Origin: Malacoraja senta
Lineage: Eukaryota
Reading direction: 5' to 3'
DNA: 64,000 bases
Assembly (NCBI GenBank): GCA_038087875.1
Contig: CM075989.1
Span: 10,602,001 to 10,666,000 of the forward strand
Shown here: positions 24,156-37,827 of the stretch, in pieces
How the letters are laid out: each line of letters starts with the position of its first letter
Position numbering within the stretch: position 1 is the stretch's first letter
Made by a program: the position numbers and the translations under genes
The notes under the pieces: model-generated
Told to the model about the DNA's origin: nothing
The model's database searches: none
Seen by the model: the letters and a program-made list of their open reading frames with translations, nothing else

Positions 24156-25863
24156 AAAACGAAATAACAAATACGGTTGCTTGCATCCCAACATAAGAGA
24201 CATTCAAGATGCATGTGAAAGTGAGTTCTTGCCTTTCTCTGAGAGTTATAGAGAGGTACAGCACGGATAAAGGCCCTTCAGCCCATTGAGTGCGTGCTGA
24301 CCATGAAATACCCATTTGCACTAATCCTACACCAACCCATTTATTTCCCCACTCACGATCACCATTTCCCCCCACCCCACAGATTCTACTATTCACTTAC
24401 ACAAGATGCAATTTATAGTCGCCAAGTAGGCTACCAATCCACATATATTTAGGACATAGGTTCATGGAGCATCCGGGGGAAACGTGCAAACTCCGCACAC
24501 ACAGCACTCAGGTTTTCAGGTATTCTGTTAATTCTCACTGTCATCAGAGAGGACATGACCTCATTGTTGACCAGGTACATTTAGCATTAACTTTGTGAAT
24601 AAAAGCAGTGTGTAACTATTGAAACACAGCCACTATCATGCCAAGCCATTTCACCATTCACCAATGCCAGAAATGTTTTGACTCCACTTAGCGTTGAGTT
24701 TGAGAAATCACAGCTGTTTTCTATTTTCCCAATCTGTTGCTCGGAATCATATGTATGCATAACATTGTGTTCCTGCATGTTTATTGGTGACGGAAACCCA
24801 TCTAAATCCTCGGTGCACTGCACTTACTTTATTGCTAGTATCATTTGAAGACATTTTCCATTACAGAAATGCTATGTAATTCATATCCTGGGAAAATTCA
24901 ACATCACATTTAACCTTTGAGGTCCTGAGTTTCCTGTAGATGCGTCTGAAAGAGAGAGAGAGAGAAAGAGAAAGAGAGAGAGGAGGGAGAATGGGAGAAG
25001 ATGACTCCGAGGGTCAGACAGAATGAGATGGTGAGAGGAGTGGGGTGGGGCAGAATGATAAGTAAAGGGATATCCAGGCTAAGGAAGAAGCGTAGTGACA
25101 GAGAGGGAGAATGAGAGAGAGAGAGTTCCAGGAAGGGCTGGGAGTAAAGTATGTAGACAGAGAGGTGGAGAAAGGAGACAGAATGACAGAGAGAGCATCA
25201 AAGGCAGCACAGTGTCGCAGCTGGGAGAGTTATTGCCTCACAATGCCAGAGACTTATGATCCGGTGCTGTCTGTGCAGAGTTTGCACACTCTACCTATGA
25301 TCGTGTGGGTTTCCACCGGGTGCTCAGGTTTCCTTCCACATCTCAAAGACGTAGGTTAATTGGCCTCTGTAAATTGCTCCCAGTGTGCAGGAAGTGGTTG
25401 CAAAACTGGAATAACATAGAATTAGTGTGATCGGGTAATCGATGGACAGCGTGGACTCGGTGGGCCAAAGGCCTTGTTTCCATACTGTATCTTCCAATCA
25501 ATCTTTCAAAGCACTGCTGCCTGCCTAAGTATGTATATTCTGGGTGCATGCCTTTTTTCCTTTTCCTTCATTTGCTCTCCATGAGTCTCCAAGATGACCC
25601 CTTATACACATCCTGGCTGGCATCCAGCTAAGAGTTGTTTGTGCAATGTGTCTGCTGGCCTTCCAAACATTTCCTCAAGGCCTGCCTATCCTTCACTTTT
25701 AATGTCTGGACAACAGGCTTCTCATTAGTTATCCTTGGATGGGTGAGAGTTGGGAGTGAGGGGGCTAGACAGAGTGGATGTGAAGAGGATGTTTCTTCTG
25801 GTGAGAGAATCTAGAAGTGGGGTGAATGTTTGTAAATAGGTCGCCCAGTTAGGACAGAGATAA

Positions 25864-26041
25864 GTGTAGGAAGGAACTGAAAATGCTAGTTAACACCGAA
25901 GATAGACACAAAATGGTGGAGTAACTCAGCGGGTCAGGCAGCATCTTTGGAGAAAAGAATGACTGACCCTGAAACATCACCTATTCCAGTTATCCAGAGA
26001 TGCTGCCTGACCCGCTGAGTTACTCCAGCATCTTGTGTCTA
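25864..26041. mobile_element. Palindromic Penelope-derived short element
   Basis: gacacaaaatggtggagtaactcagcgggtcaggcagcatc ... gatgctgcctgacccgctgagttactccagcatcttgtgtc. Confidence 0.8.
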
Positions 26042-26119
26042 TTTAAAGAAAGAGATGAATTGTGAGACATTCCTCAAAAGCAGAGTCTAAATATTTTTAA
26101 GGCAGGTGTGGATAAATTC

Positions 26120-27072
26120 CACACCAGGACATCGGAAATGTCCTCATTCTTCAGGGAACGGGGGTTCCCCTCCCCTACTATAGATGAGGCTCTCACCAGG
26201 GTCTCTTCAATACCCCGTAACACTGCTCTCTCTCAACATCCCCCCACTCGTAACAAGGGCAGAGTCCCCCTAGTCCTCACCTTTCACCCCACTAGCCGTC
26301 ACATACAACAAATAATCCTCCGTCATTTTCGCCACCTCCAACGTGACCCCACCACTCGCCACATCTTCCCATCTCCCCCCCTGTATGATTTCCGCAAAGA
26401 CCGCTCCCTCCGTTAACTCCCTGGTCAATTCTTCCCTTCCCTCCCGCACCACCCCCTCCCCGGGCACTTCCCCTTGCAACCGCAAGAGATGCTACACTTG
26501 TCGCTTTACCTCCCCCCTCGACTCCATTCAAGGACCCAAGCAGTCGTTCCAGGTGCGACAGAGGTTCACCTGCATCTCCTCCAACCTCATCTATTGCATC
26601 CGCTGCTCTAGATGTCAGCTGATCTACATCGGTGAGACCAAGCGTAGGCTTGGCAATTGTTTCGCCGAACACCTCCGTTCGGTCCGCAATAACCAACCTG
26701 ATCTCCCTGTGGCTCAGCACTTCAACTCCCCCTCCCATTCTGAATCCGACCTTTCTGTCCTGGGCCTCCTCCACGGCCAGAGTGAGGACCACTGGAAATT
26801 GGAGGAGCAGCACCTCATATTCGCTTGTGCAGTTTGCACCCCAGCGGCATAAACATTGACTTCTCCAATTTCCGGTAGCCCTTGCTGTCTCCTCCCCTTC
26901 TCAGCTCTCCCTCAGCCCTCTGGCTCCTCCTCTTCCTTTCGCCTTTATTCTCCCTGCCCCCCCCCCACCCTACATCAGTCTGAAGAAGGGTTTTGGCCCG
27001 AAACGTTGCCTATTTCTTTCGCTCCACAGGTGCTGCTGCACCCGCTGAGTTTCTCCAGCACTTTTGTCTACC
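26120..27072 (+). mobile_element. Penelope-like element (Neptune-like), 5'-truncated, with GIY-YIG endonuclease
   Basis: Frameshifted ORFs with PLVLTFHP, Cys linker CNRKRCYTC, NLIYCIRCSRCQLIYIGET (GIY-YIG), VAQHFN; hammerhead core 26980-27007; perfect 12-bp TSD gtggataaattc (26108-26119 / 27073-27084). Confidence 0.95.
26980..27007 (+). ncRNA. Hammerhead ribozyme core in the PLE 3' terminal repeat
   Basis: CTGAAGA-A-GGGT(TTTG)GCCC-GAAA-CGTT. Confidence 0.78.
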
Positions 27073-27675
27073 GTGGATAAATTCTAGATGAGCAACAGGG
27101 TGAAAAGTTACCTCAAACACAGAGGAATGTAGAATGAAAGTTACCATTAGATCAGTCATGATCTTATTAAGGGCTCACGTCTTGAGGGACAGAGTAACCA
27201 GCCCACTGTTCCTCATTTGTGCGTTTACATGAGGTTCTTCTCAGAATTCTGAGGATCATCACAGGTTTTAGTGAGAATATTGTCCTTGCCATAAATATCC
27301 AGCCCTCTGGACCATTGCACAATAAAGCTCCAATATCCTGGCACCTCACAACTTTCATGGTGCTAGAATGGCTAATTTTCTGGACCATGTATATTATTCC
27401 TGTTCATAGCCAACACACTTATAATTCATTTCATTTAGTTGTTACGTGGTGATATAATGAATTTTCCGTTCAAACAGATGAGTTTAAAGGGAGCACAGGA
27501 ATCAAACCCTGGTGAATTTCAGGAGAGAGCGGAACCGGGTGAGCTGGATGCCAAATGGTTGGGATGTCTGAAAACCTGGTTAGCGGATTATCAGAGTTTT
27601 ACTGTACGACATCCTGGTTCCGATTTTCGTCCACTTTCTTTAATATTTTGATGCTTGTCAGTGTGGCAAAGCTGG

Positions 27676-27856
27676 CCACAAAATGCTGGAGTAACTCAGC
27701 GGGACAGGCAGCATCTCTGGGTGACATTTCAGAAGAGTCTCGACCCGAAACGTCACCCATTCCATCTCTCCAGAGATGCTGCCTGTCCCGCTGTGTTACT
27801 CCAGCATGTTGTGTCTATCTTCAGTTTATACCAGCATCTGCAGTTCCTTTCTACAC
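27676..27856. mobile_element. Palindromic Penelope-derived short element
   Basis: Inverted arms and a partial core ...cgacccgaaacgtcacc. Confidence 0.78.
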
Positions 27857-28218
27857 ATTTGGTAAAGGTGGGGTTGTCTTTACTATTGAACAAGTTAGTA
27901 GTTAAGAGAATCTAGATCTGTTGCTTGTGGCTGTACGGCAAGGATGGGCCATTATACCTGGACAAACATATTAAATTAATGTTTAACTAGCAGGAAGAGT
28001 TCTCCCCACTATTCTGATCAATATTTATCAACCAACAATGTTTCATAAATAGGACAGATAATTATTCTTACGCAGCTGGCCCTGTTAAGTGCTTCCAGAA
28101 TATTCTGTTATTATTTCAGGTATATGCCGGTTTTGAATTTCATTGTTATTGCCTCGTCTCTGATTTCCTTCTGCAATAAGATTGCAAATAGAAGTGGAAC
28201 TTGCCTTCAACACTCATA

Positions 28219-28789
28219 ACACTCATTCAACTTCTGTCAAGGAGAAGCTATACTTCACCCTCGTTAGACCTCATTTGGACTACGCAGTTGCAGCATGGGA
28301 CCCATACACAAATAAAAACATTTCTTCCATCGAACGTGTCCAAAGACAGGCAGCTCGATTTGTTACTAACACCTATGAGAGAGACGAGTGTTACCAAACT
28401 TCTGAATTCTCTGGGGTGGAACCCTCTCCAAGACAGACGTGAAGCTCACCGTTTGACCTGTTTTTACAAAATGTTAAATGGTCAGCTCGACATAGATTAC
28501 AAGACCTACACCGAACCCAAACCAATTAGGAGCAGACGAGGGCATTCGATCCAATTTGTGATTCCAGCTACCAAGACAGATGTGTACAGCAATTCATTCT
28601 TCCCCCGCACAATTACAGCATGGAATAATCTCCACCCTACTTTAGTTACCCAACCAGATGCAACTAAATTTAAGGTAGCTCTTTCTTCCCAAAAACCCTT
28701 TCTGGCTTAAGTCCTCCCTCCACCACCTCCAGTTTAAATTCCATTTGGAATATTTTGGAGGACCAAGAAACCAAGAACCAAGAACCAAG
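28219..28789 (+). mobile_element. CR1-group LINE 3' end of a distinct lineage (Crack/Daphne-like) with (CCAAGAA)n tail
   Basis: LYFTLVRPHLDYAVAAWDP, IERVQRQAARFV, SFFPRTITAWNNL; one frameshift near 28380. Confidence 0.85.
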
Positions 28790-30764
28790 GCATAAATTAG
28801 GTAATAATATAATGTAATTTAAATAGATTTCTTTTCAAATTAAGAGCAATTTGGAAAGAAACGGAATGCCAAGAGAATTAAATTTCAAGGAAGGCTTGCT
28901 GTGTGTTCTTGGTCTAAGTCTTGAAAGACCAGGCCTAAGATATCAGATCCACTTTTGATTTCCTCACAGGCAAATGGATGCATCTATACCTATACACGCA
29001 AATCACACATGTTATAATGTGATGGCCTCTAGTTCCCCCTTGGGAAATTGAACAGGCCATACCAGAGCCTGAAGACATGTCACGACCCGAAGCGTCACCT
29101 ATCCATTTTCTCCAGGGATGCTGCCTGAACCGCTGAGTTACTCCAGCGTTTGTGTCTATCTTTGGCCATTCCACAGCATTGTTCACCTTAACACGACTGA
29201 CATCATCAAGGTTTGCAACGCTCATCTCTGTCTTACCGATTAAAAGTGGAGTAATAATGTGCGACCCATAACCTTCAGTTGTAATACTTAGCAAACGCCA
29301 AAGCAAGTCGACCAAGAAATGTAAATTATAGACCCTGAGACATCGATCTACATCTGCCTTCTTGAGTTTACCATGCTGTGCATATGTGAGTGTTGTCAGT
29401 ATTGCTGGATGTCACAATGTTTATTGCAGACTTTCAAAGTCACACATAGCAAGAACACAGTGTAGCCCGTGGCTGAATAACAAGCCTATCCCACTTGCTG
29501 GTATGGGATCAACTACAACATGGGTGCAGTCTGTGAGGGTCGTGGGATGAGAGGACAAGGGTTGTGCCCACACAATGAAGACACATCTCACCTCAATTCG
29601 CCTCCTTTCCACCAGCACTCTTTTGCACAGCTGCGCTGTGGCTCCAGGGAGGAAGCTTGTTTCTTCAGGCTGTAAACTGCCTCACAGGACTCCTGGTGGC
29701 AAAGACATGGCAGATGCGACCTCTGCTGTCGAGAACATTGCAGGCCACATTTTTACGCAGCATTTGATGGGAAACCTTCACGTGAATGTTATAGCTAAAT
29801 TGTCCCAGTTTCTTTGAGCGCTCCCTTACTTGGCACGAGCATTAAAAGCAAAATCGGTTTAGTGACCAAATCAGTACAAAATAATCTTTCCAGGAAGGAG
29901 TGGCTTTGAACAGTCAAGAGTTGAATCATTGGTTTTAAGAACTAAAGTTCCAGAAATGGTTCAACAGAGTTTGGGAAACTCACAGGCGATATGATTGAAA
30001 TCTTTAAAATAATGAAAGAATTGAACCCAGTCCAAGGCAAGGGGCAATGTGAGTAAGATAAGTCAGGGAGAACGTGAGATCATAAATTACTGCAACATAC
30101 AGATAGTTAGATGCAAGAGAGTTCTCTGGAGAAAAAAATAACCAGCCTCTAAAATAGGCAGCAGGCATTTCTCACGAGCGCAGAATTGCTTTAAGTATTT
30201 AGAAAAGAAATGTGTATGTTTATTGCGGAGGTGCAGGTAGTAAAGCTGCTGTCTCACAGCTCCAGAGACGTGGGTTAAATCCTTACCTATGGTGCTGTCT
30301 GTGGGGTGTTGCAGGTGCTCCTATGTACTCCCATGTCACAAAGGCCTGCAGTTGGTTGCTTAATTAGCCACTGTAAATTCCCCCCCCCCTCCCCTCCCCT
30401 CCTCTACCCATGTGGAGATGAATGCTAGAATCTGGGGAGAGGCAAAAGGGATACATGAGAATAAAGTGGGGTCTGTGGAAATGGGTACTTAATGGTCGGT
30501 GTGGACTCGGTAGGTCATAGCTTGTCCCCATACTCTTTGATTCTGCACTGGGTTCATTGTTCTGATGCAGGGCATTTTATGAGGACAGATCCAGAAAGAT
30601 GGGCTAATATGCTCTAGGATTTAGATGGTAATATCAAAAGTCAGATTTTAAACAAACTTGACAGCAAAAATGCTGAGACAGTGTGTATCCTTGTCAGTGA
30701 CCTCAGGGTAAAGAATCAACTACTTAGAAACGGGCTGAGAAGGAATTTATTTATTTTTCAGGAT

Positions 30765-31468
30765 TCAGACATTTCCAGTAAGGCCAACACGTTTGTTTCC
30801 CATCTCTAACTGCTCTTGAGAAGATGTTGGTCAGAAGCTTTATTGAACCACTGTAGAAAATGTTTCCAGGCTACCGTTGAGGTGGGAGTCCCCACGATTT
30901 AGACCCAGTGGCAATGAAAGACGAGCAGTTTATTTCCAAATCAGGATGACGTCTGACCTGGAGTGGAATCTGCAGGTGGTGGTGTTCCCCGTGCATCTAC
31001 TGCCTTTGTTTCCAGTGGAGGCCGCAGGTTAGAGAGGTGGTCCTGGCATAGTCTGGACAAATGAATGTCATGCATTCTGTAGATGGTATGCACTGCATTC
31101 ACCTTGCACTGCAGTGGAGTGATTGAACGTTTTGGATGGCGGATAGGCTACTGATCAAATGAGCAGCTTTTCCTGGATGGTGTTCAGCTTCTTATGTGTT
31201 GTTGGAGCTGCAAACATGCAGGCAAGTGGAGTATATTCCATTCTGATCCTGACTTGTGCCTCGCAGATGTTGGAAAGGCTCAGAGGTGAATGCCTTGCTG
31301 CAGGATACCCAGCCTCTGACATGCATCTGTCGCTACTGTATATATGTGGCTGGTCCAGGCGAGTGCCAGACCAAATGCCCCCCAGGATGTTGATGGCGAG
31401 GGACTCAGAGATGATAATGCCATTGAATGTTGATGGTAGGTGGTTTGACTCTTTCATTGGAGAAAATG
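30765..31468 (-). mobile_element. Old LINE 3' remnant (CR1/L2 group)
   Basis: AQVRIRMEYTPLA..AAPTTHKKL.TIQEK remnant in ORF 31155-31457. Confidence 0.65.
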
Positions 31469-33582
31469 TTGGAAGGGAATTCCAGAGGTTAGAGCCTTGT
31501 CAGTTGAAGGTAGGATCACCAATAGGAATCAGAGAGAAACAGCATGGAAACAGCTCTTCAGCCCATCAAATCCATGCCAACCATCAAGCCCCCATTCACA
31601 CTAATCCTACCCTTACACACATTATTCTCCCCATTAATCCCCAGTTTCTACCATTTACCTACTCGCTACAGGGAATGTAAAATTGCCAATTAACCTACCA
31701 ACACGCAGGTCTTTGGGATGTAAAAACAGAAGTCTGGACGAAATCTATGTGGTCATAGGGAGAACATGCAAACACCACACAGACAACACCTGTGAGCCCA
31801 GGTCACTGGAGCTGTTGAGGCAGTGGCTCTACTGTCTGTACCACTGTGCCATGGAGGAGAGCAAGAGGCCAGTGAGGATGAGTATATAGATCTTGGTGGA
31901 TTGTGGACTCCAGAGTTTACAAGGGTCAAGAATGAGACCTTAACGCTGAAGACCCTGGGAATTATTAGAACCCACACATTTTCCCACCATGGAATGGCAG
32001 TCCAGGGTATAGTTATTCCAGATTGTGAGTCTGAAAAGCCAAGGGGAGTCCAATGCTATTAGCTACATTTAGTTATTTTGGAAATCACAAGAGCGAATCA
32101 ATACAGACTCATATCCCACGACCAGCTCTTGGGTTGATGACTAATCTGTTTTACCATTGTGTTAGCTGAAGGGGAGTAGTGAGCGGCACGAGAATGCAAT
32201 GGTCCACTTCCAATTGTGTCAACAAGATTTTTAAAAGGGCATTAACTAGGCAGATTCGAATCTGGTTTAGCAGAACATTTGAGCTCCCTCTGAACTCACT
32301 GCAACACCAGCTTAAGGCACTTTCAGGACCAGAATTCTGCGTATAATGATCAATGACTTAAAAAAACAGCCTAGGTCTATTAAATCCAGCTGCACTGATC
32401 CATTTTTGTCAATGACCAAGTTCCAGGCCTTGTTCATTATAAACAACAAGTTGTCGAGCTGTGTTTGTTTTTATAAAAAGGTTCCATTTAAGCAATCGGC
32501 TCCAGAAAGTACAAATTAAAGGGTTTATTGCAATTCAATCCAGGTGATGACATGCCTTGCTCCCCATACAGAATTACTTAAGTGGGTTGCCAGCGCTTAC
32601 AGCTTGGAAAGGAACAGCAGACCGAGTTTCAACCGCGGTTTAACCCTTGTCCCTTGCCCACCCAGAAGCATTTGACATTTGCATTGTGTGTTTTGTTCTG
32701 ACAGAAATTAACATCAGTCATTAATTAATAAGCATAATATTCAGTTGAGGAAATGGCTTCCAACTGTTCATTAATATTAATAAAGACCAGGTAGTCAAAT
32801 CTGGGCCGCAGCAAAATGGAAACAACCGAAGGTACATAAGTCCTTAGTGGTTTGGCAAAAAAGAGGACTGTTAAGGTTTGAACTTCTCAATCTTATCCTC
32901 CGCATCCTAAATTCAGATGAGATTCATAAAGAGTTTAATACATTCAACAGCCATGTCTAGATTTCCATGTTGGTGGTCTACAGTGCATATCTTAGCAGTA
33001 TTCTGATTCACGTTTAGCCATGGCACTGATTCCTGCCTTCCTACCCTTCCTCCACCCAGTCTCTGGAGCCTACTTGACTTGAGTACGTTTCTCTCTCTCT
33101 GCATACAAAGATCAAACAGATTCCAATTTAGCCTAAATCTTTCCATGGGGTGTTTTTTTCCTACCTCAAGTGTGATATTTTGTTATATTTCTACCGTTGT
33201 GAAATTCTTATTTGTTGAGGCTGAACATGTGGTGTTTTGACCTGTTCCAGTGGGTATAATGGAGTTAAAGAAGGTACATCATTTACACATACAAAGAGGG
33301 TACCTGGAGTGGAAACTCAGTTCAGAGGGTAATTGGTAATGAACAATAAACACCACCAATGTCCTGCTCCTGTGAACAAATAATTTTTTTAACGTTTTCA
33401 CAGGGGAACCTTCTGGAAAAACAGTTAAAAATAATCGCTGACATTCCCAGGAGTCAATTCGTACTGGAATTGTAGTTTCCCCTCTAGTTGCTGCGTTCCA
33501 CTCTCTCAGCTCACCTAATATGCAATTCAACTGCAGCCAATGAATTTTCCTGATGTTAAATTGTTGGACTGAGGAGACGTAC

Positions 33583-33895
33583 GGTGGCACGGTGGCGCAG
33601 CGGTAGAGTTGCTGCCTTCCAGCGCCAGAGACCCAGGTTTGATCCTGACTATGGGTGCTGTCTGTATGGAGTTTATACGTTCTCCCTGTGACCTGCGTGG
33701 GTTTTCTCTGAGATATTCAATCTCCTCCCACACTCCAAAGACGTACAGGTTTGTAGGTTAATTGGCTTGGTATAAATGTAAATTGCCCCCTGGTGTGTAG
33801 GATAGTGCTAGTGTATGGGCATCATTGGTCAGCGCGGACTCGGTGGGCTGAATGGCCTATTTCCACACTGTATCTCTAAACTAAACTAAACTAAA
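33583..33895 (+). mobile_element. HE1-type tRNA SINE, full length
   Basis: A/B boxes, family body, (ctaaa)n tail. Confidence 0.92.
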
Positions 33896-34882
33896 ATAAG
33901 TAGTTGGAAATGTTCCACAGGTTAGTCAACGGCAACCATAGAAAGAGAAAAGGGGTTCATGTCTCAGGTTTATGAACTTTCATCAGACAGTATAAAGGCT
34001 GACAGAATTAGAGAGCAGAGTAAAAGTTCCTCAAGGCTGGCAGCACACTTCGAAGAGAAATGGCAATGAAGTCAACAGCAGACATAAAACAAAGGAGTGA
34101 TATTGCAAAACTGAAAAACCAATGGAGACATTCAGTAGGTCAGGCAACGTCTATGGAAAGAGAAACAGTCAATGGTTCAGGGCCTTTATTGGAACTGATG
34201 TGCAGGGGAGTTATCCTGACTGATATCTTACGTCCTAACCCATACCAAGTCTGTAGACAAGCTGTGGCTTAGCATGTCTCTGACTCCTGCACCTGCGCGC
34301 CCAGACCAGGTCCAAGGTCAGATGCTGATGGCTGAGTGCTCCCCTGCTGGACAGTGTCGCCAATGCACCTGCAATCTGACTCTCAACTTAACACCACGTT
34401 AAATGAGATCAGTAACCCTAGGCAAAAATGGAAGTCATGATAGTGCTTGTAAATTCCTCAGTTAATTTTATTTGCATTATTTGCTACAATATTTAGCTAT
34501 TTTGAGTTATTTCAAAATTTGTATTTACTTTCATTAAATTAGTTACAGCCATTCTTAAAAGTCTTCAGCATCAAAAACACTTAAAAGATTATTCCAGGTG
34601 ACCTTGAAGCCAAGGGTTAGCTGTAAGATCCGATCCTGAGGTCTGCGGGAATTACTTAGACTGCTCCATCTCGTGGGGGTGGAGACCCAACCCAGCTGCA
34701 TACTGTAGCCCAAATTCAGTTTGTGCTGGTCACCAGATCCCATGGAATGGATCTGATCTAGAATGATGTAGTCCAACGTCCCACTGCTTGCCATGTGTAA
34801 ATTGGTTCCTATGTTACAGCAACCACATTTGAAAAAAAACTATTTATATCACTGCCTATTGAGCACATTCTGATGTTCTGAG

Positions 34883-35152
34883 GTTTAGTTTAGTTTCAAG
34901 TAGGCCTTTCAGCCCACCGAGTCCGCGCCGACCAATGATCACCCGTACACTAGTTCTATGCTACACACTAGGGACAATTTTTTCCAGATGCCAATTAACC
35001 TACAAACCTGCACGTCTTTGGGATGCGGGAGGAAACTGGAGCACGGAGTCACAGGGAGAACGTACAAACTCCATGCAGACAACACTGCTAGTCAGGATCG
35101 AACCAGGGTGTCTGGTGCTGTAAGGCAGCAACTCTACCACTGTGCCACTCTG
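34883..35152 (-). mobile_element. HE1-type tRNA SINE
   Basis: Reverse-complement match to 33583-33895. Confidence 0.88.
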
Positions 35153-35526
35153 CCATCACGGGTTGGAAAGGCACTGTAAAAATACAGTTCTTGCTTTACA
35201 ATATATCTATAAGCCAGCTTTCAAGTCACTAAACTAAGCTGAACAGTCCCTCTCATGGGTGGTGAGAGAGTTTGTACGCTGGAAAAGGGGGTTTGAGTCA
35301 CTGGAGCGTCAGCTGGGTCTTTCAGGAAGGTCAGGACAGTCCGTTCTGGGGCACCATCCACTGCTGGTGATGGAAACGTTCAGTTGTCATGCGCTGTAGG
35401 AGATGGGGTTAGATGGAAGGTTTAGAGGGAACTTGCGAAAGTTGATTGGAGTAGGTTGTTTGTGAGCAAAGAGACAGCTGGAACGTGGGTTGCTTTTAAA
35501 AGTCTGATTCTGCGAGTTCAAAGCAT

Positions 35527-35717
35527 GTAGAAACAATGAACTGCAGATGCCGGTTTATACCAAAGAGAGACACAAAGTGCTGGAGTAACTCAGCGGGTCA
35601 GGCGGCATCTCTGGAGAAAAAGAATGGGCGACGTTTTGGGTCGGGACCCTTCACCCATCCTGTTCCTTCATAGATGCTGTCTGACCCACTGAGTTACTCC
35701 AGCATTTAGTGTCTATC
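35527..35717. mobile_element. Palindromic Penelope-derived short element
   Basis: Inverted arms; centrally deleted hammerhead region. Confidence 0.78.
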
Positions 35718-37284
35718 TTAAAAGCATGCATGTACCGATTAGAGTGAAGGGAAAGAAAAGTGGGAGTAAGGAACTCTGGACGATGAGAGAGACTGAGGCT
35801 CTGACCAGGTTGCTCCATGTGACCTTTAACCTTCAAGAGCCATGAACTCCCAATATTATTGATTATTGTTACATCCACCACCATGGTTCTTTGCCTTCTG
35901 ATTGGCTAGTCTGAAAGTGAATAGCACTTTTATGACTCATTTCTTACTGTCACTTAATTGACATTTTTGCTCATTTCTGACCGGAGTTTATGCTCTGATA
36001 ATTTTACTCCAGGATTGCTTATGGAAATCTGATGATATTTTAATTCCCTGCAAACTGCAGCACAATCTGGGAGCGTTGTGAAGTGACGGTTGAAAGATAT
36101 AATGGGCAGGTTTCAACAGGGAGTGCTGGGCCCAAACCATGATGTAAGCTTGCAGCTCAAGCCATATAACCATAAGCAATGTAAAACAAAGGTTAAAGGA
36201 TTTCTAGGTGATCAACCATCCACTTTTTGACGTTCCCTTTTAATCATTTTCACTGTTACTAGAAGAGGCAGCTGAAGGCATGTGTGGAGATTAGAATGTA
36301 ACTGTTTGTTTAAGATAGTGCTCTGCTTTTTCCAGCTGACTTTGAGAGGCAGGAGCAGTGGTATAATTGTTGTCCGCTAGCCTCACTGCAACCTCCTCAG
36401 GTTCAAGAACCAGTAGAAATTCAGACTTCATCTGTTCCCGTTGTTATTAACCATTTAATGCACAACACTTCTGGTGGCTGTGTGATTGATATTCCCTACA
36501 GAAACCTACAGACACCTCTGCTTATCATCTCCTTTGCTCCCGAATCGTGAGGTCCATCTTCACCAGCCTCTTGGTAAGGACATTTCTCTTGAATTCTGCA
36601 TCATTATCACCCCTAGTTTTAGGTGCACCACTAATGAAACAACTTCCCATGATTTGTCTGATCAAACTCTGTCACTGTTCTATGGAGCTCTACTGAGTCA
36701 GCACTTTAACGCTTTGCATACTCTTCCCTGGAGAGATCAGGGCCAACCTGCTCAGTCTTGCGAGTTCTTTTTTGTTTTCTTCCAGCTAAAAATAAAAGAC
36801 ATCTTGGATTCTGCTTCCACCTGGATTCTGTCTTGCATTGCGGAAATGTCAGAACCTTCTCAAACTAACCCAGCACATTCTTTGGCTGAGCGCACAACGG
36901 AGATTGAGTTGTCGCCAGCAAGGTGTTGTCAGCACATCGTCAGCATTGAAAGCCCATGGACTGTGCAAGGTCAGAGTTTCCAAGCTCCCTCATACTCCGG
37001 TTGTTTCCAAGCAGGTTGCAAGTGCTGCCAGTTCCTGTCCTGGAGAAAGTCAGGCAGCAGCTCTGAGCAATCCAAAGCAAACTGCACCAGCCTGTCCCCA
37101 CCAAAACTATAGAGACAGCAATGGGAATAAGTGAAAAGGTCAACGCTGCTTGTTGCAAATGGATTCTGGAATTCGAGCCTGATATGAGGGAATTGAAAGG
37201 AGTTCACCGACTCAGACATTAATAAGAAATTGAACGTTATGGAAAATGTGTTTCAGAATTGCCAAAAACAGAACGGGTAGCACC

Positions 37285-37583
37285 ATCACACAACGGTAAA
37301 GTTGCTACCCCTTGTAGTGCCAGAGACCTGGGTTTGATCCTGACTATGGGTGCTGGCTGTGTGGAGTTTTATGTTCTCCCTGTGACCGTGCGGGTTTTCT
37401 ACGGGTCCTCCGGTTTCCTCCCACACTCCAAAGATGTACAGGTTTGTAGGTTAATTGGCTTCTGTAAATTGTAAATTGTCTCTAGAGTGTAGGCTAGCTC
37501 CATTGTATGGGATGATCACTGGTCAGCGCAGATTTGCTGGGCCAAAGGGTCTGTTTCCATTCTGCATGTCTAAAGTCTAAAGT
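37285..37583 (+). mobile_element. HE1-type tRNA SINE
   Basis: Family body and tail. Confidence 0.88.
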
Positions 37584-37827
37584 TAGGCGACTTAGGACAA
37601 ATTGGGCTGAAGGGGCTGTTTCTGTGTTATTTAGCTCTATGATTCTAACCCCTAGTGCTGAATGAACTGTTACTCAGGGTGTCTAGAGAAAAAGGTGAAC
37701 AAAATTCAGAAACCTGTAGAGGCTGGAAATTTGAAATAAAAGCAGAAAATGCACGAAACACTCAACAGATCAGACGACATCTGTGGAGAGAGAAATAGTT
37801 AATGTTTCTGGTCAAAGTCCCTTTGTC

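Noticed and set aside
36486-37134. 208-aa and 98-aa ORFs
   Set aside because: No recognisable domain and non-ATG starts; probably chance ORFs over decayed repeat sequence.
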